From the IMG/VR virus record IMGVR_UViG_2897328257_000003: 64,000 bases of DNA, one strand, 5' to 3'. Source of the stretch: a virus (lineage: Duplodnaviria > Heunggongvirae > Uroviricota > Caudoviricetes). The notes beneath the pieces were generated by a model. That model saw nothing but the letters and a program-made list of their open reading frames with translations. It was not told where the DNA came from and made no database searches. The position numbers and the translations under genes were made by a program. Shown in pieces: positions 12,001 through 24,000 of this stretch (positions are counted from its first letter, which is position 1; each line of letters begins with the position of its first letter).

Positions 12001-15000
12001 NNNNNNNNNNNNNNNNNNNNNNNNNNNNNNNNNNNNNNNNNNNNNNNNNNNNNNNNNNNNNNNNNNNNNNNNNNNNNNNNNNNNNNNNNNNNNNNNNNNN
12101 NNNNNNNNNNNNNNNNNNNNNNNNNNNNNNNNNNNNNNNNNNNNNNNNNNNNNNNNNNNNNNNNNNNNNNNNNNNNNNNNNNNNNNNNNNNNNNNNNNNN
12201 NNNNNNNNNNNNNNNNNNNNNNNNNNNNNNNNNNNNNNNNNNNNNNNNNNNNNNNNNNNNNNNNNNNNNNNNNNNNNNNNNNNNNNNNNNNNNNNNNNNN
12301 NNNNNNNNNNNNNNNNNNNNNNNNNNNNNNNNNNNNNNNNNNNNNNNNNNNNNNNNNNNNNNNNNNNNNNNNNNNNNNNNNNNNNNNNNNNNNNNNNNNN
12401 NNNNNNNNNNNNNNNNNNNNNNNNNNNNNNNNNNNNNNNNNNNNNNNNNNNNNNNNNNNNNNNNNNNNNNNNNNNNNNNNNNNNNNNNNNNNNNNNNNNN
12501 NNNNNNNNNNNNNNNNNNNNNNNNNNNNNNNNNNNNNNNNNNNNNNNNNNNNNNNNNNNNNNNNNNNNNNNNNNNNNNNNNNNNNNNNNNNNNNNNNNNN
12601 NNNNNNNNNNNNNNNNNNNNNNNNNNNNNNNNNNNNNNNNNNNNNNNNNNNNNNNNNNNNNNNNNNNNNNNNNNNNNNNNNNNNNNNNNNNNNNNNNNNN
12701 NNNNNNNNNNNNNNNNNNNNNNNNNNNNNNNNNNNNNNNNNNNNNNNNNNNNNNNNNNNNNNNNNNNNNNNNNNNNNNNNNNNNNNNNNNNNNNNNNNNN
12801 NNNNNNNNNNNNNNNNNNNNNNNNNNNNNNNNNNNNNNNNNNNNNNNNNNNNNNNNNNNNNNNNNNNNNNNNNNNNNNNNNNNNNNNNNNNNNNNNNNNN
12901 NNNNNNNNNNNNNNNNNNNNNNNNNNNNNNNNNNNNNNNNNNNNNNNNNNNNNNNNNNNNNNNNNNNNNNNNNNNNNNNNNNNNNNNNNNNNNNNNNNNN
13001 NNNNNNNNNNNNNNNNNNNNNNNNNNNNNNNNNNNNNNNNNNNNNNNNNNNNNNNNNNNNNNNNNNNNNNNNNNNNNNNNNNNNNNNNNNNNNNNNNNNN
13101 NNNNNNNNNNNNNNNNNNNNNNNNNNNNNNNNNNNNNNNNNNNNNNNNNNNNNNNNNNNNNNNNNNNNNNNNNNNNNNNNNNNNNNNNNNNNNNNNNNNN
13201 NNNNNNNNNNNNNNNNNNNNNNNNNNNNNNNNNNNNNNNNNNNNNNNNNNNNNNNNNNNNNNNNNNNNNNNNNNNNNNNNNNNNNNNNNNNNNNNNNNNN
13301 NNNNNNNNNNNNNNNNNNNNNNNNNNNNNNNNNNNNNNNNNNNNNNNNNNNNNNNNNNNNNNNNNNNNNNNNNNNNNNNNNNNNNNNNNNNNNNNNNNNN
13401 NNNNNNNNNNNNNNNNNNNNNNNNNNNNNNNNNNNNNNNNNNNNNNNNNNNNNNNNNNNNNNNNNNNNNNNNNNNNNNNNNNNNNNNNNNNNNNNNNNNN
13501 NNNNNNNNNNNNNNNNNNNNNNNNNNNNNNNNNNNNNNNNNNNNNNNNNNNNNNNNNNNNNNNNNNNNNNNNNNNNNNNNNNNNNNNNNNNNNNNNNNNN
13601 NNNNNNNNNNNNNNNNNNNNNNNNNNNNNNNNNNNNNNNNNNNNNNNNNNNNNNNNNNNNNNNNNNNNNNNNNNNNNNNNNNNNNNNNNNNNNNNNNNNN
13701 NNNNNNNNNNNNNNNNNNNNNNNNNNNNNNNNNNNNNNNNNNNNNNNNNNNNNNNNNNNNNNNNNNNNNNNNNNNNNNNNNNNNNNNNNNNNNNNNNNNN
13801 NNNNNNNNNNNNNNNNNNNNNNNNNNNNNNNNNNNNNNNNNNNNNNNNNNNNNNNNNNNNNNNNNNNNNNNNNNNNNNNNNNNNNNNNNNNNNNNNNNNN
13901 NNNNNNNNNNNNNNNNNNNNNNNNNNNNNNNNNNNNNNNNNNNNNNNNNNNNNNNNNNNNNNNNNNNNNNNNNNNNNNNNNNNNNNNNNNNNNNNNNNNN
14001 NNNNNNNNNNNNNNNNNNNNNNNNNNNNNNNNNNNNNNNNNNNNNNNNNNNNNNNNNNNNNNNNNNNNNNNNNNNNNNNNNNNNNNNNNNNNNNNNNNNN
14101 NNNNNNNNNNNNNNNNNNNNNNNNNNNNNNNNNNNNNNNNNNNNNNNNNNNNNNNNNNNNNNNNNNNNNNNNNNNNNNNNNNNNNNNNNNNNNNNNNNNN
14201 NNNNNNNNNNNNNNNNNNNNNNNNNNNNNNNNNNNNNNNNNNNNNNNNNNNNNNNNNNNNNNNNNNNNNNNNNNNNNNNNNNNNNNNNNNNNNNNNNNNN
14301 NNNNNNNNNNNNNNNNNNNNNNNNNNNNNNNNNNNNNNNNNNNNNNNNNNNNNNNNNNNNNNNNNNNNNNNNNNNNNNNNNNNNNNNNNNNNNNNNNNNN
14401 NNNNNNNNNNNNNNNNNNNNNNNNNNNNNNNNNNNNNNNNNNNNNNNNNNNNNNNNNNNNNNNNNNNNNNNNNNNNNNNNNNNNNNNNNNNNNNNNNNNN
14501 NNNNNNNNNNNNNNNNNNNNNNNNNNNNNNNNNNNNNNNNNNNNNNNNNNNNNNNNNNNNNNNNNNNNNNNNNNNNNNNNNNNNNNNNNNNNNNNNNNNN
14601 NNNNNNNNNNNNNNNNNNNNNNNNNNNNNNNNNNNNNNNNNNNNNNNNNNNNNNNNNNNNNNNNNNNNNNNNNNNNNNNNNNNNNNNNNNNNNNNNNNNN
14701 NNNNNNNNNNNNNNNNNNNNNNNNNNNNNNNNNNNNNNNNNNNNNNNNNNNNNNNNNNNNNNNNNNNNNNNNNNNNNNNNNNNNNNNNNNNNNNNNNNNN
14801 NNNNNNNNNNNNNNNNNNNNNNNNNNNNNNNNNNNNNNNNNNNNNNNNNNNNNNNNNNNNNNNNNNNNNNNNNNNNNNNNNNNNNNNNNNNNNNNNNNNN
14901 NNNNNNNNNNNNNNNNNNNNNNNNNNNNNNNNNNNNNNNNNNNNNNNNNNNNNNNNNNNNNNNNNNNNNNNNNNNNNNNNNNNNNNNNNNNNNNNNNNNN

Positions 15001-18000
15001 NNNNNNNNNNNNNNNNNNNNNNNNNNNNNNNNNNNNNNNNNNNNNNNNNNNNNNNNNNNNNNNNNNNNNNNNNNNNNNNNNNNNNNNNNNNNNNNNNNNN
15101 NNNNNNNNNNNNNNNNNNNNNNNNNNNNNNNNNNNNNNNNNNNNNNNNNNNNNNNNNNNNNNNNNNNNNNNNNNNNNNNNNNNNNNNNNNNNNNNNNNNN
15201 NNNNNNNNNNNNNNNNNNNNNNNNNNNNNNNNNNNNNNNNNNNNNNNNNNNNNNNNNNNNNNNNNNNNNNNNNNNNNNNNNNNNNNNNNNNNNNNNNNNN
15301 NNNNNNNNNNNNNNNNNNNNNNNNNNNNNNNNNNNNNNNNNNNNNNNNNNNNNNNNNNNNNNNNNNNNNNNNNNNNNNNNNNNNNNNNNNNNNNNNNNNN
15401 NNNNNNNNNNNNNNNNNNNNNNNNNNNNNNNNNNNNNNNNNNNNNNNNNNNNNNNNNNNNNNNNNNNNNNNNNNNNNNNNNNNNNNNNNNNNNNNNNNNN
15501 NNNNNNNNNNNNNNNNNNNNNNNNNNNNNNNNNNNNNNNNNNNNNNNNNNNNNNNNNNNNNNNNNNNNNNNNNNNNNNNNNNNNNNNNNNNNNNNNNNNN
15601 NNNNNNNNNNNNNNNNNNNNNNNNNNNNNNNNNNNNNNNNNNNNNNNNNNNNNNNNNNNNNNNNNNNNNNNNNNNNNNNNNNNNNNNNNNNNNNNNNNNN
15701 NNNNNNNNNNNNNNNNNNNNNNNNNNNNNNNNNNNNNNNNNNNNNNNNNNNNNNNNNNNNNNNNNNNNNNNNNNNNNNNNNNNNNNNNNNNNNNNNNNNN
15801 NNNNNNNNNNNNNNNNNNNNNNNNNNNNNNNNNNNNNNNNNNNNNNNNNNNNNNNNNNNNNNNNNNNNNNNNNNNNNNNNNNNNNNNNNNNNNNNNNNNN
15901 NNNNNNNNNNNNNNNNNNNNNNNNNNNNNNNNNNNNNNNNNNNNNNNNNNNNNNNNNNNNNNNNNNNNNNNNNNNNNNNNNNNNNNNNNNNNNNNNNNNN
16001 NNNNNNNNNNNNNNNNNNNNNNNNNNNNNNNNNNNNNNNNNNNNNNNNNNNNNNNNNNNNNNNNNNNNNNNNNNNNNNNNNNNNNNNNNNNNNNNNNNNN
16101 NNNNNNNNNNNNNNNNNNNNNNNNNNNNNNNNNNNNNNNNNNNNNNNNNNNNNNNNNNNNNNNNNNNNNNNNNNNNNNNNNNNNNNNNNNNNNNNNNNNN
16201 NNNNNNNNNNNNNNNNNNNNNNNNNNNNNNNNNNNNNNNNNNNNNNNNNNNNNNNNNNNNNNNNNNNNNNNNNNNNNNNNNNNNNNNNNNNNNNNNNNNN
16301 NNNNNNNNNNNNNNNNNNNNNNNNNNNNNNNNNNNNNNNNNNNNNNNNNNNNNNNNNNNNNNNNNNNNNNNNNNNNNNNNNNNNNNNNNNNNNNNNNNNN
16401 NNNNNNNNNNNNNNNNNNNNNNNNNNNNNNNNNNNNNNNNNNNNNNNNNNNNNNNNNNNNNNNNNNNNNNNNNNNNNNNNNNNNNNNNNNNNNNNNNNNN
16501 NNNNNNNNNNNNNNNNNNNNNNNNNNNNNNNNNNNNNNNNNNNNNNNNNNNNNNNNNNNNNNNNNNNNNNNNNNNNNNNNNNNNNNNNNNNNNNNNNNNN
16601 NNNNNNNNNNNNNNNNNNNNNNNNNNNNNNNNNNNNNNNNNNNNNNNNNNNNNNNNNNNNNNNNNNNNNNNNNNNNNNNNNNNNNNNNNNNNNNNNNNNN
16701 NNNNNNNNNNNNNNNNNNNNNNNNNNNNNNNNNNNNNNNNNNNNNNNNNNNNNNNNNNNNNNNNNNNNNNNNNNNNNNNNNNNNNNNNNNNNNNNNNNNN
16801 NNNNNNNNNNNNNNNNNNNNNNNNNNNNNNNNNNNNNNNNNNNNNNNNNNNNNNNNNNNNNNNNNNNNNNNNNNNNNNNNNNNNNNNNNNNNNNNNNNNN
16901 NNNNNNNNNNNNNNNNNNNNNNNNNNNNNNNNNNNNNNNNNNNNNNNNNNNNNNNNNNNNNNNNNNNNNNNNNNNNNNNNNNNNNNNNNNNNNNNNNNNN
17001 NNNNNNNNNNNNNNNNNNNNNNNNNNNNNNNNNNNNNNNNNNNNNNNNNNNNNNNNNNNNNNNNNNNNNNNNNNNNNNNNNNNNNNNNNNNNNNNNNNNN
17101 NNNNNNNNNNNNNNNNNNNNNNNNNNNNNNNNNNNNNNNNNNNNNNNNNNNNNNNNNNNNNNNNNNNNNNNNNNNNNNNNNNNNNNNNNNNNNNNNNNNN
17201 NNNNNNNNNNNNNNNNNNNNNNNNNNNNNNNNNNNNNNNNNNNNNNNNNNNNNNNNNNNNNNNNNNNNNNNNNNNNNNNNNNNNNNNNNNNNNNNNNNNN
17301 NNNNNNNNNNNNNNNNNNNNNNNNNNNNNNNNNNNNNNNNNNNNNNNNNNNNNNNNNNNNNNNNNNNNNNNNNNNNNNNNNNNNNNNNNNNNNNNNNNNN
17401 NNNNNNNNNNNNNNNNNNNNNNNNNNNNNNNNNNNNNNNNNNNNNNNNNNNNNNNNNNNNNNNNNNNNNNNNNNNNNNNNNNNNNNNNNNNNNNNNNNNN
17501 NNNNNNNNNNNNNNNNNNNNNNNNNNNNNNNNNNNNNNNNNNNNNNNNNNNNNNNNNNNNNNNNNNNNNNNNNNNNNNNNNNNNNNNNNNNNNNNNNNNN
17601 NNNNNNNNNNNNNNNNNNNNNNNNNNNNNNNNNNNNNNNNNNNNNNNNNNNNNNNNNNNNNNNNNNNNNNNNNNNNNNNNNNNNNNNNNNNNNNNNNNNN
17701 NNNNNNNNNNNNNNNNNNNNNNNNNNNNNNNNNNNNNNNNNNNNNNNNNNNNNNNNNNNNNNNNNNNNNNNNNNNNNNNNNNNNNNNNNNNNNNNNNNNN
17801 NNNNNNNNNNNNNNNNNNNNNNNNNNNNNNNNNNNNNNNNNNNNNNNNNNNNNNNNNNNNNNNNNNNNNNNNNNNNNNNNNNNNNNNNNNNNNNNNNNNN
17901 NNNNNNNNNNNNNNNNNNNNNNNNNNNNNNNNNNNNNNNNNNNNNNNNNNNNNNNNNNNNNNNNNNNNNNNNNNNNNNNNNNNNNNNNNNNNNNNNNNNN

Positions 18001-21000
18001 NNNNNNNNNNNNNNNNNNNNNNNNNNNNNNNNNNNNNNNNNNNNNNNNNNNNNNNNNNNNNNNNNNNNNNNNNNNNNNNNNNNNNNNNNNNNNNNNNNNN
18101 NNNNNNNNNNNNNNNNNNNNNNNNNNNNNNNNNNNNNNNNNNNNNNNNNNNNNNNNNNNNNNNNNNNNNNNNNNNNNNNNNNNNNNNNNNNNNNNNNNNN
18201 NNNNNNNNNNNNNNNNNNNNNNNNNNNNNNNNNNNNNNNNNNNNNNNNNNNNNNNNNNNNNNNNNNNNNNNNNNNNNNNNNNNNNNNNNNNNNNNNNNNN
18301 NNNNNNNNNNNNNNNNNNNNNNNNNNNNNNNNNNNNNNNNNNNNNNNNNNNNNNNNNNNNNNNNNNNNNNNNNNNNNNNNNNNNNNNNNNNNNNNNNNNN
18401 NNNNNNNNNNNNNNNNNNNNNNNNNNNNNNNNNNNNNNNNNNNNNNNNNNNNNNNNNNNNNNNNNNNNNNNNNNNNNNNNNNNNNNNNNNNNNNNNNNNN
18501 NNNNNNNNNNNNNNNNNNNNNNNNNNNNNNNNNNNNNNNNNNNNNNNNNNNNNNNNNNNNNNNNNNNNNNNNNNNNNNNNNNNNNNNNNNNNNNNNNNNN
18601 NNNNNNNNNNNNNNNNNNNNNNNNNNNNNNNNNNNNNNNNNNNNNNNNNNNNNNNNNNNNNNNNNNNNNNNNNNNNNNNNNNNNNNNNNNNNNNNNNNNN
18701 NNNNNNNNNNNNNNNNNNNNNNNNNNNNNNNNNNNNNNNNNNNNNNNNNNNNNNNNNNNNNNNNNNNNNNNNNNNNNNNNNNNNNNNNNNNNNNNNNNNN
18801 NNNNNNNNNNNNNNNNNNNNNNNNNNNNNNNNNNNNNNNNNNNNNNNNNNNNNNNNNNNNNNNNNNNNNNNNNNNNNNNNNNNNNNNNNNNNNNNNNNNN
18901 NNNNNNNNNNNNNNNNNNNNNNNNNNNNNNNNNNNNNNNNNNNNNNNNNNNNNNNNNNNNNNNNNNNNNNNNNNNNNNNNNNNNNNNNNNNNNNNNNNNN
19001 NNNNNNNNNNNNNNNNNNNNNNNNNNNNNNNNNNNNNNNNNNNNNNNNNNNNNNNNNNNNNNNNNNNNNNNNNNNNNNNNNNNNNNNNNNNNNNNNNNNN
19101 NNNNNNNNNNNNNNNNNNNNNNNNNNNNNNNNNNNNNNNNNNNNNNNNNNNNNNNNNNNNNNNNNNNNNNNNNNNNNNNNNNNNNNNNNNNNNNNNNNNN
19201 NNNNNNNNNNNNNNNNNNNNNNNNNNNNNNNNNNNNNNNNNNNNNNNNNNNNNNNNNNNNNNNNNNNNNNNNNNNNNNNNNNNNNNNNNNNNNNNNNNNN
19301 NNNNNNNNNNNNNNNNNNNNNNNNNNNNNNNNNNNNNNNNNNNNNNNNNNNNNNNNNNNNNNNNNNNNNNNNNNNNNNNNNNNNNNNNNNNNNNNNNNNN
19401 NNNNNNNNNNNNNNNNNNNNNNNNNNNNNNNNNNNNNNNNNNNNNNNNNNNNNNNNNNNNNNNNNNNNNNNNNNNNNNNNNNNNNNNNNNNNNNNNNNNN
19501 NNNNNNNNNNNNNNNNNNNNNNNNNNNNNNNNNNNNNNNNNNNNNNNNNNNNNNNNNNNNNNNNNNNNNNNNNNNNNNNNNNNNNNNNNNNNNNNNNNNN
19601 NNNNNNNNNNNNNNNNNNNNNNNNNNNNNNNNNNNNNNNNNNNNNNNNNNNNNNNNNNNNNNNNNNNNNNNNNNNNNNNNNNNNNNNNNNNNNNNNNNNN
19701 NNNNNNNNNNNNNNNNNNNNNNNNNNNNNNNNNNNNNNNNNNNNNNNNNNNNNNNNNNNNNNNNNNNNNNNNNNNNNNNNNNNNNNNNNNNNNNNNNNNN
19801 NNNNNNNNNNNNNNNNNNNNNNNNNNNNNNNNNNNNNNNNNNNNNNNNNNNNNNNNNNNNNNNNNNNNNNNNNNNNNNNNNNNNNNNNNNNNNNNNNNNN
19901 NNNNNNNNNNNNNNNNNNNNNNNNNNNNNNNNNNNNNNNNNNNNNNNNNNNNNNNNNNNNNNNNNNNNNNNNNNNNNNNNNNNNNNNNNNNNNNNNNNNN
20001 NNNNNNNNNNNNNNNNNNNNNNNNNNNNNNNNNNNNNNNNNNNNNNNNNNNNNNNNNNNNNNNNNNNNNNNNNNNNNNNNNNNNNNNNNNNNNNNNNNNN
20101 NNNNNNNNNNNNNNNNNNNNNNNNNNNNNNNNNNNNNNNNNNNNNNNNNNNNNNNNNNNNNNNNNNNNNNNNNNNNNNNNNNNNNNNNNNNNNNNNNNNN
20201 NNNNNNNNNNNNNNNNNNNNNNNNNNNNNNNNNNNNNNNNNNNNNNNNNNNNNNNNNNNNNNNNNNNNNNNNNNNNNNNNNNNNNNNNNNNNNNNNNNNN
20301 NNNNNNNNNNNNNNNNNNNNNNNNNNNNNNNNNNNNNNNNNNNNNNNNNNNNNNNNNNNNNNNNNNNNNNNNNNNNNNNNNNNNNNNNNNNNNNNNNNNN
20401 NNNNNNNNNNNNNNNNNNNNNNNNNNNNNNNNNNNNNNNNNNNNNNNNNNNNNNNNNNNNNNNNNNNNNNNNNNNNNNNNNNNNNNNNNNNNNNNNNNNN
20501 NNNNNNNNNNNNNNNNNNNNNNNNNNNNNNNNNNNNNNNNNNNNNNNNNNNNNNNNNNNNNNNNNNNNNNNNNNNNNNNNNNNNNNNNNNNNNNNNNNNN
20601 NNNNNNNNNNNNNNNNNNNNNNNNNNNNNNNNNNNNNNNNNNNNNNNNNNNNNNNNNNNNNNNNNNNNNNNNNNNNNNNNNNNNNNNNNNNNNNNNNNNN
20701 NNNNNNNNNNNNNNNNNNNNNNNNNNNNNNNNNNNNNNNNNNNNNNNNNNNNNNNNNNNNNNNNNNNNNNNNNNNNNNNNNNNNNNNNNNNNNNNNNNNN
20801 NNNNNNNNNNNNNNNNNNNNNNNNNNNNNNNNNNNNNNNNNNNNNNNNNNNNNNNNNNNNNNNNNNNNNNNNNNNNNNNNNNNNNNNNNNNNNNNNNNNN
20901 NNNNNNNNNNNNNNNNNNNNNNNNNNNNNNNNNNNNNNNNNNNNNNNNNNNNNNNNNNNNNNNNNNNNNNNNNNNNNNNNNNNNNNNNNNNNNNNNNNNN

Positions 21001-24000
21001 NNNNNNNNNNNNNNNNNNNNNNNNNNNNNNNNNNNNNNNNNNNNNNNNNNNNNNNNNNNNNNNNNNNNNNNNNNNNNNNNNNNNNNNNNNNNNNNNNNNN
21101 NNNNNNNNNNNNNNNNNNNNNNNNNNNNNNNNNNNNNNNNNNNNNNNNNNNNNNNNNNNNNNNNNNNNNNNNNNNNNNNNNNNNNNNNNNNNNNNNNNNN
21201 NNNNNNNNNNNNNNNNNNNNNNNNNNNNNNNNNNNNNNNNNNNNNNNNNNNNNNNNNNNNNNNNNNNNNNNNNNNNNNNNNNNNNNNNNNNNNNNNNNNN
21301 NNNNNNNNNNNNNNNNNNNNNNNNNNNNNNNNNNNNNNNNNNNNNNNNNNNNNNNNNNNNNNNNNNNNNNNNNNNNNNNNNNNNNNNNNNNNNNNNNNNN
21401 NNNNNNNNNNNNNNNNNNNNNNNNNNNNNNNNNNNNNNNNNNNNNNNNNNNNNNNNNNNNNNNNNNNNNNNNNNNNNNNNNNNNNNNNNNNNNNNNNNNN
21501 NNNNNNNNNNNNNNNNNNNNNNNNNNNNNNNNNNNNNNNNNNNNNNNNNNNNNNNNNNNNNNNNNNNNNNNNNNNNNNNNNNNNNNNNNNNNNNNNNNNN
21601 NNNNNNNNNNNNNNNNNNNNNNNNNNNNNNNNNNNNNNNNNNNNNNNNNNNNNNNNNNNNNNNNNNNNNNNNNNNNNNNNNNNNNNNNNNNNNNNNNNNN
21701 NNNNNNNNNNNNNNNNNNNNNNNNNNNNNNNNNNNNNNNNNNNNNNNNNNNNNNNNNNNNNNNNNNNNNNNNNNNNNNNNNNNNNNNNNNNNNNNNNNNN
21801 NNNNNNNNNNNNNNNNNNNNNNNNNNNNNNNNNNNNNNNNNNNNNNNNNNNNNNNNNNNNNNNNNNNNNNNNNNNNNNNNNNNNNNNNNNNNNNNNNNNN
21901 NNNNNNNNNNNNNNNNNNNNNNNNNNNNNNNNNNNNNNNNNNNNNNNNNNNNNNNNNNNNNNNNNNNNNNNNNNNNNNNNNNNNNNNNNNNNNNNNNNNN
22001 NNNNNNNNNNNNNNNNNNNNNNNNNNNNNNNNNNNNNNNNNNNNNNNNNNNNNNNNNNNNNNNNNNNNNNNNNNNNNNNNNNNNNNNNNNNNNNNNNNNN
22101 NNNNNNNNNNNNNNNNNNNNNNNNNNNNNNNNNNNNNNNNNNNNNNNNNNNNNNNNNNNNNNNNNNNNNNNNNNNNNNNNNNNNNNNNNNNNNNNNNNNN
22201 NNNNNNNNNNNNNNNNNNNNNNNNNNNNNNNNNNNNNNNNNNNNNNNNNNNNNNNNNNNNNNNNNNNNNNNNNNNNNNNNNNNNNNNNNNNNNNNNNNNN
22301 NNNNNNNNNNNNNNNNNNNNNNNNNNNNNNNNNNNNNNNNNNNNNNNNNNNNNNNNNNNNNNNNNNNNNNNNNNNNNNNNNNNNNNNNNNNNNNNNNNNN
22401 NNNNNNNNNNNNNNNNNNNNNNNNNNNNNNNNNNNNNNNNNNNNNNNNNNNNNNNNNNNNNNNNNNNNNNNNNNNNNNNNNNNNNNNNNNNNNNNNNNNN
22501 NNNNNNNNNNNNNNNNNNNNNNNNNNNNNNNNNNNNNNNNNNNNNNNNNNNNNNNNNNNNNNNNNNNNNNNNNNNNNNNNNNNNNNNNNNNNNNNNNNNN
22601 NNNNNNNNNNNNNNNNNNNNNNNNNNNNNNNNNNNNNNNNNNNNNNNNNNNNNNNNNNNNNNNNNNNNNNNNNNNNNNNNNNNNNNNNNNNNNNNNNNNN
22701 NNNNNNNNNNNNNNNNNNNNNNNNNNNNNNNNNNNNNNNNNNNNNNNNNNNNNNNNNNNNNNNNNNNNNNNNNNNNNNNNNNNNNNNNNNNNNNNNNNNN
22801 NNNNNNNNNNNNNNNNNNNNNNNNNNNNNNNNNNNNNNNNNNNNNNNNNNNNNNNNNNNNNNNNNNNNNNNNNNNNNNNNNNNNNNNNNNNNNNNNNNNN
22901 NNNNNNNNNNNNNNNNNNNNNNNNNNNNNNNNNNNNNNNNNNNNNNNNNNNNNNNNNNNNNNNNNNNNNNNNNNNNNNNNNNNNNNNNNNNNNNNNNNNN
23001 NNNNNNNNNNNNNNNNNNNNNNNNNNNNNNNNNNNNNNNNNNNNNNNNNNNNNNNNNNNNNNNNNNNNNNNNNNNNNNNNNNNNNNNNNNNNNNNNNNNN
23101 NNNNNNNNNNNNNNNNNNNNNNNNNNNNNNNNNNNNNNNNNNNNNNNNNNNNNNNNNNNNNNNNNNNNNNNNNNNNNNNNNNNNNNNNNNNNNNNNNNNN
23201 NNNNNNNNNNNNNNNNNNNNNNNNNNNNNNNNNNNNNNNNNNNNNNNNNNNNNNNNNNNNNNNNNNNNNNNNNNNNNNNNNNNNNNNNNNNNNNNNNNNN
23301 NNNNNNNNNNNNNNNNNNNNNNNNNNNNNNNNNNNNNNNNNNNNNNNNNNNNNNNNNNNNNNNNNNNNNNNNNNNNNNNNNNNNNNNNNNNNNNNNNNNN
23401 NNNNNNNNNNNNNNNNNNNNNNNNNNNNNNNNNNNNNNNNNNNNNNNNNNNNNNNNNNNNNNNNNNNNNNNNNNNNNNNNNNNNNNNNNNNNNNNNNNNN
23501 NNNNNNNNNNNNNNNNNNNNNNNNNNNNNNNNNNNNNNNNNNNNNNNNNNNNNNNNNNNNNNNNNNNNNNNNNNNNNNNNNNNNNNNNNNNNNNNNNNNN
23601 NNNNNNNNNNNNNNNNNNNNNNNNNNNNNNNNNNNNNNNNNNNNNNNNNNNNNNNNNNNNNNNNNNNNNNNNNNNNNNNNNNNNNNNNNNNNNNNNNNNN
23701 NNNNNNNNNNNNNNNNNNNNNNNNNNNNNNNNNNNNNNNNNNNNNNNNNNNNNNNNNNNNNNNNNNNNNNNNNNNNNNNNNNNNNNNNNNNNNNNNNNNN
23801 NNNNNNNNNNNNNNNNNNNNNNNNNNNNNNNNNNNNNNNNNNNNNNNNNNNNNNNNNNNNNNNNNNNNNNNNNNNNNNNNNNNNNNNNNNNNNNNNNNNN
23901 NNNNNNNNNNNNNNNNNNNNNNNNNNNNNNNNNNNNNNNNNNNNNNNNNNNNNNNNNNNNNNNNNNNNNNNNNNNNNNNNNNNNNNNNNNNNNNNNNNNN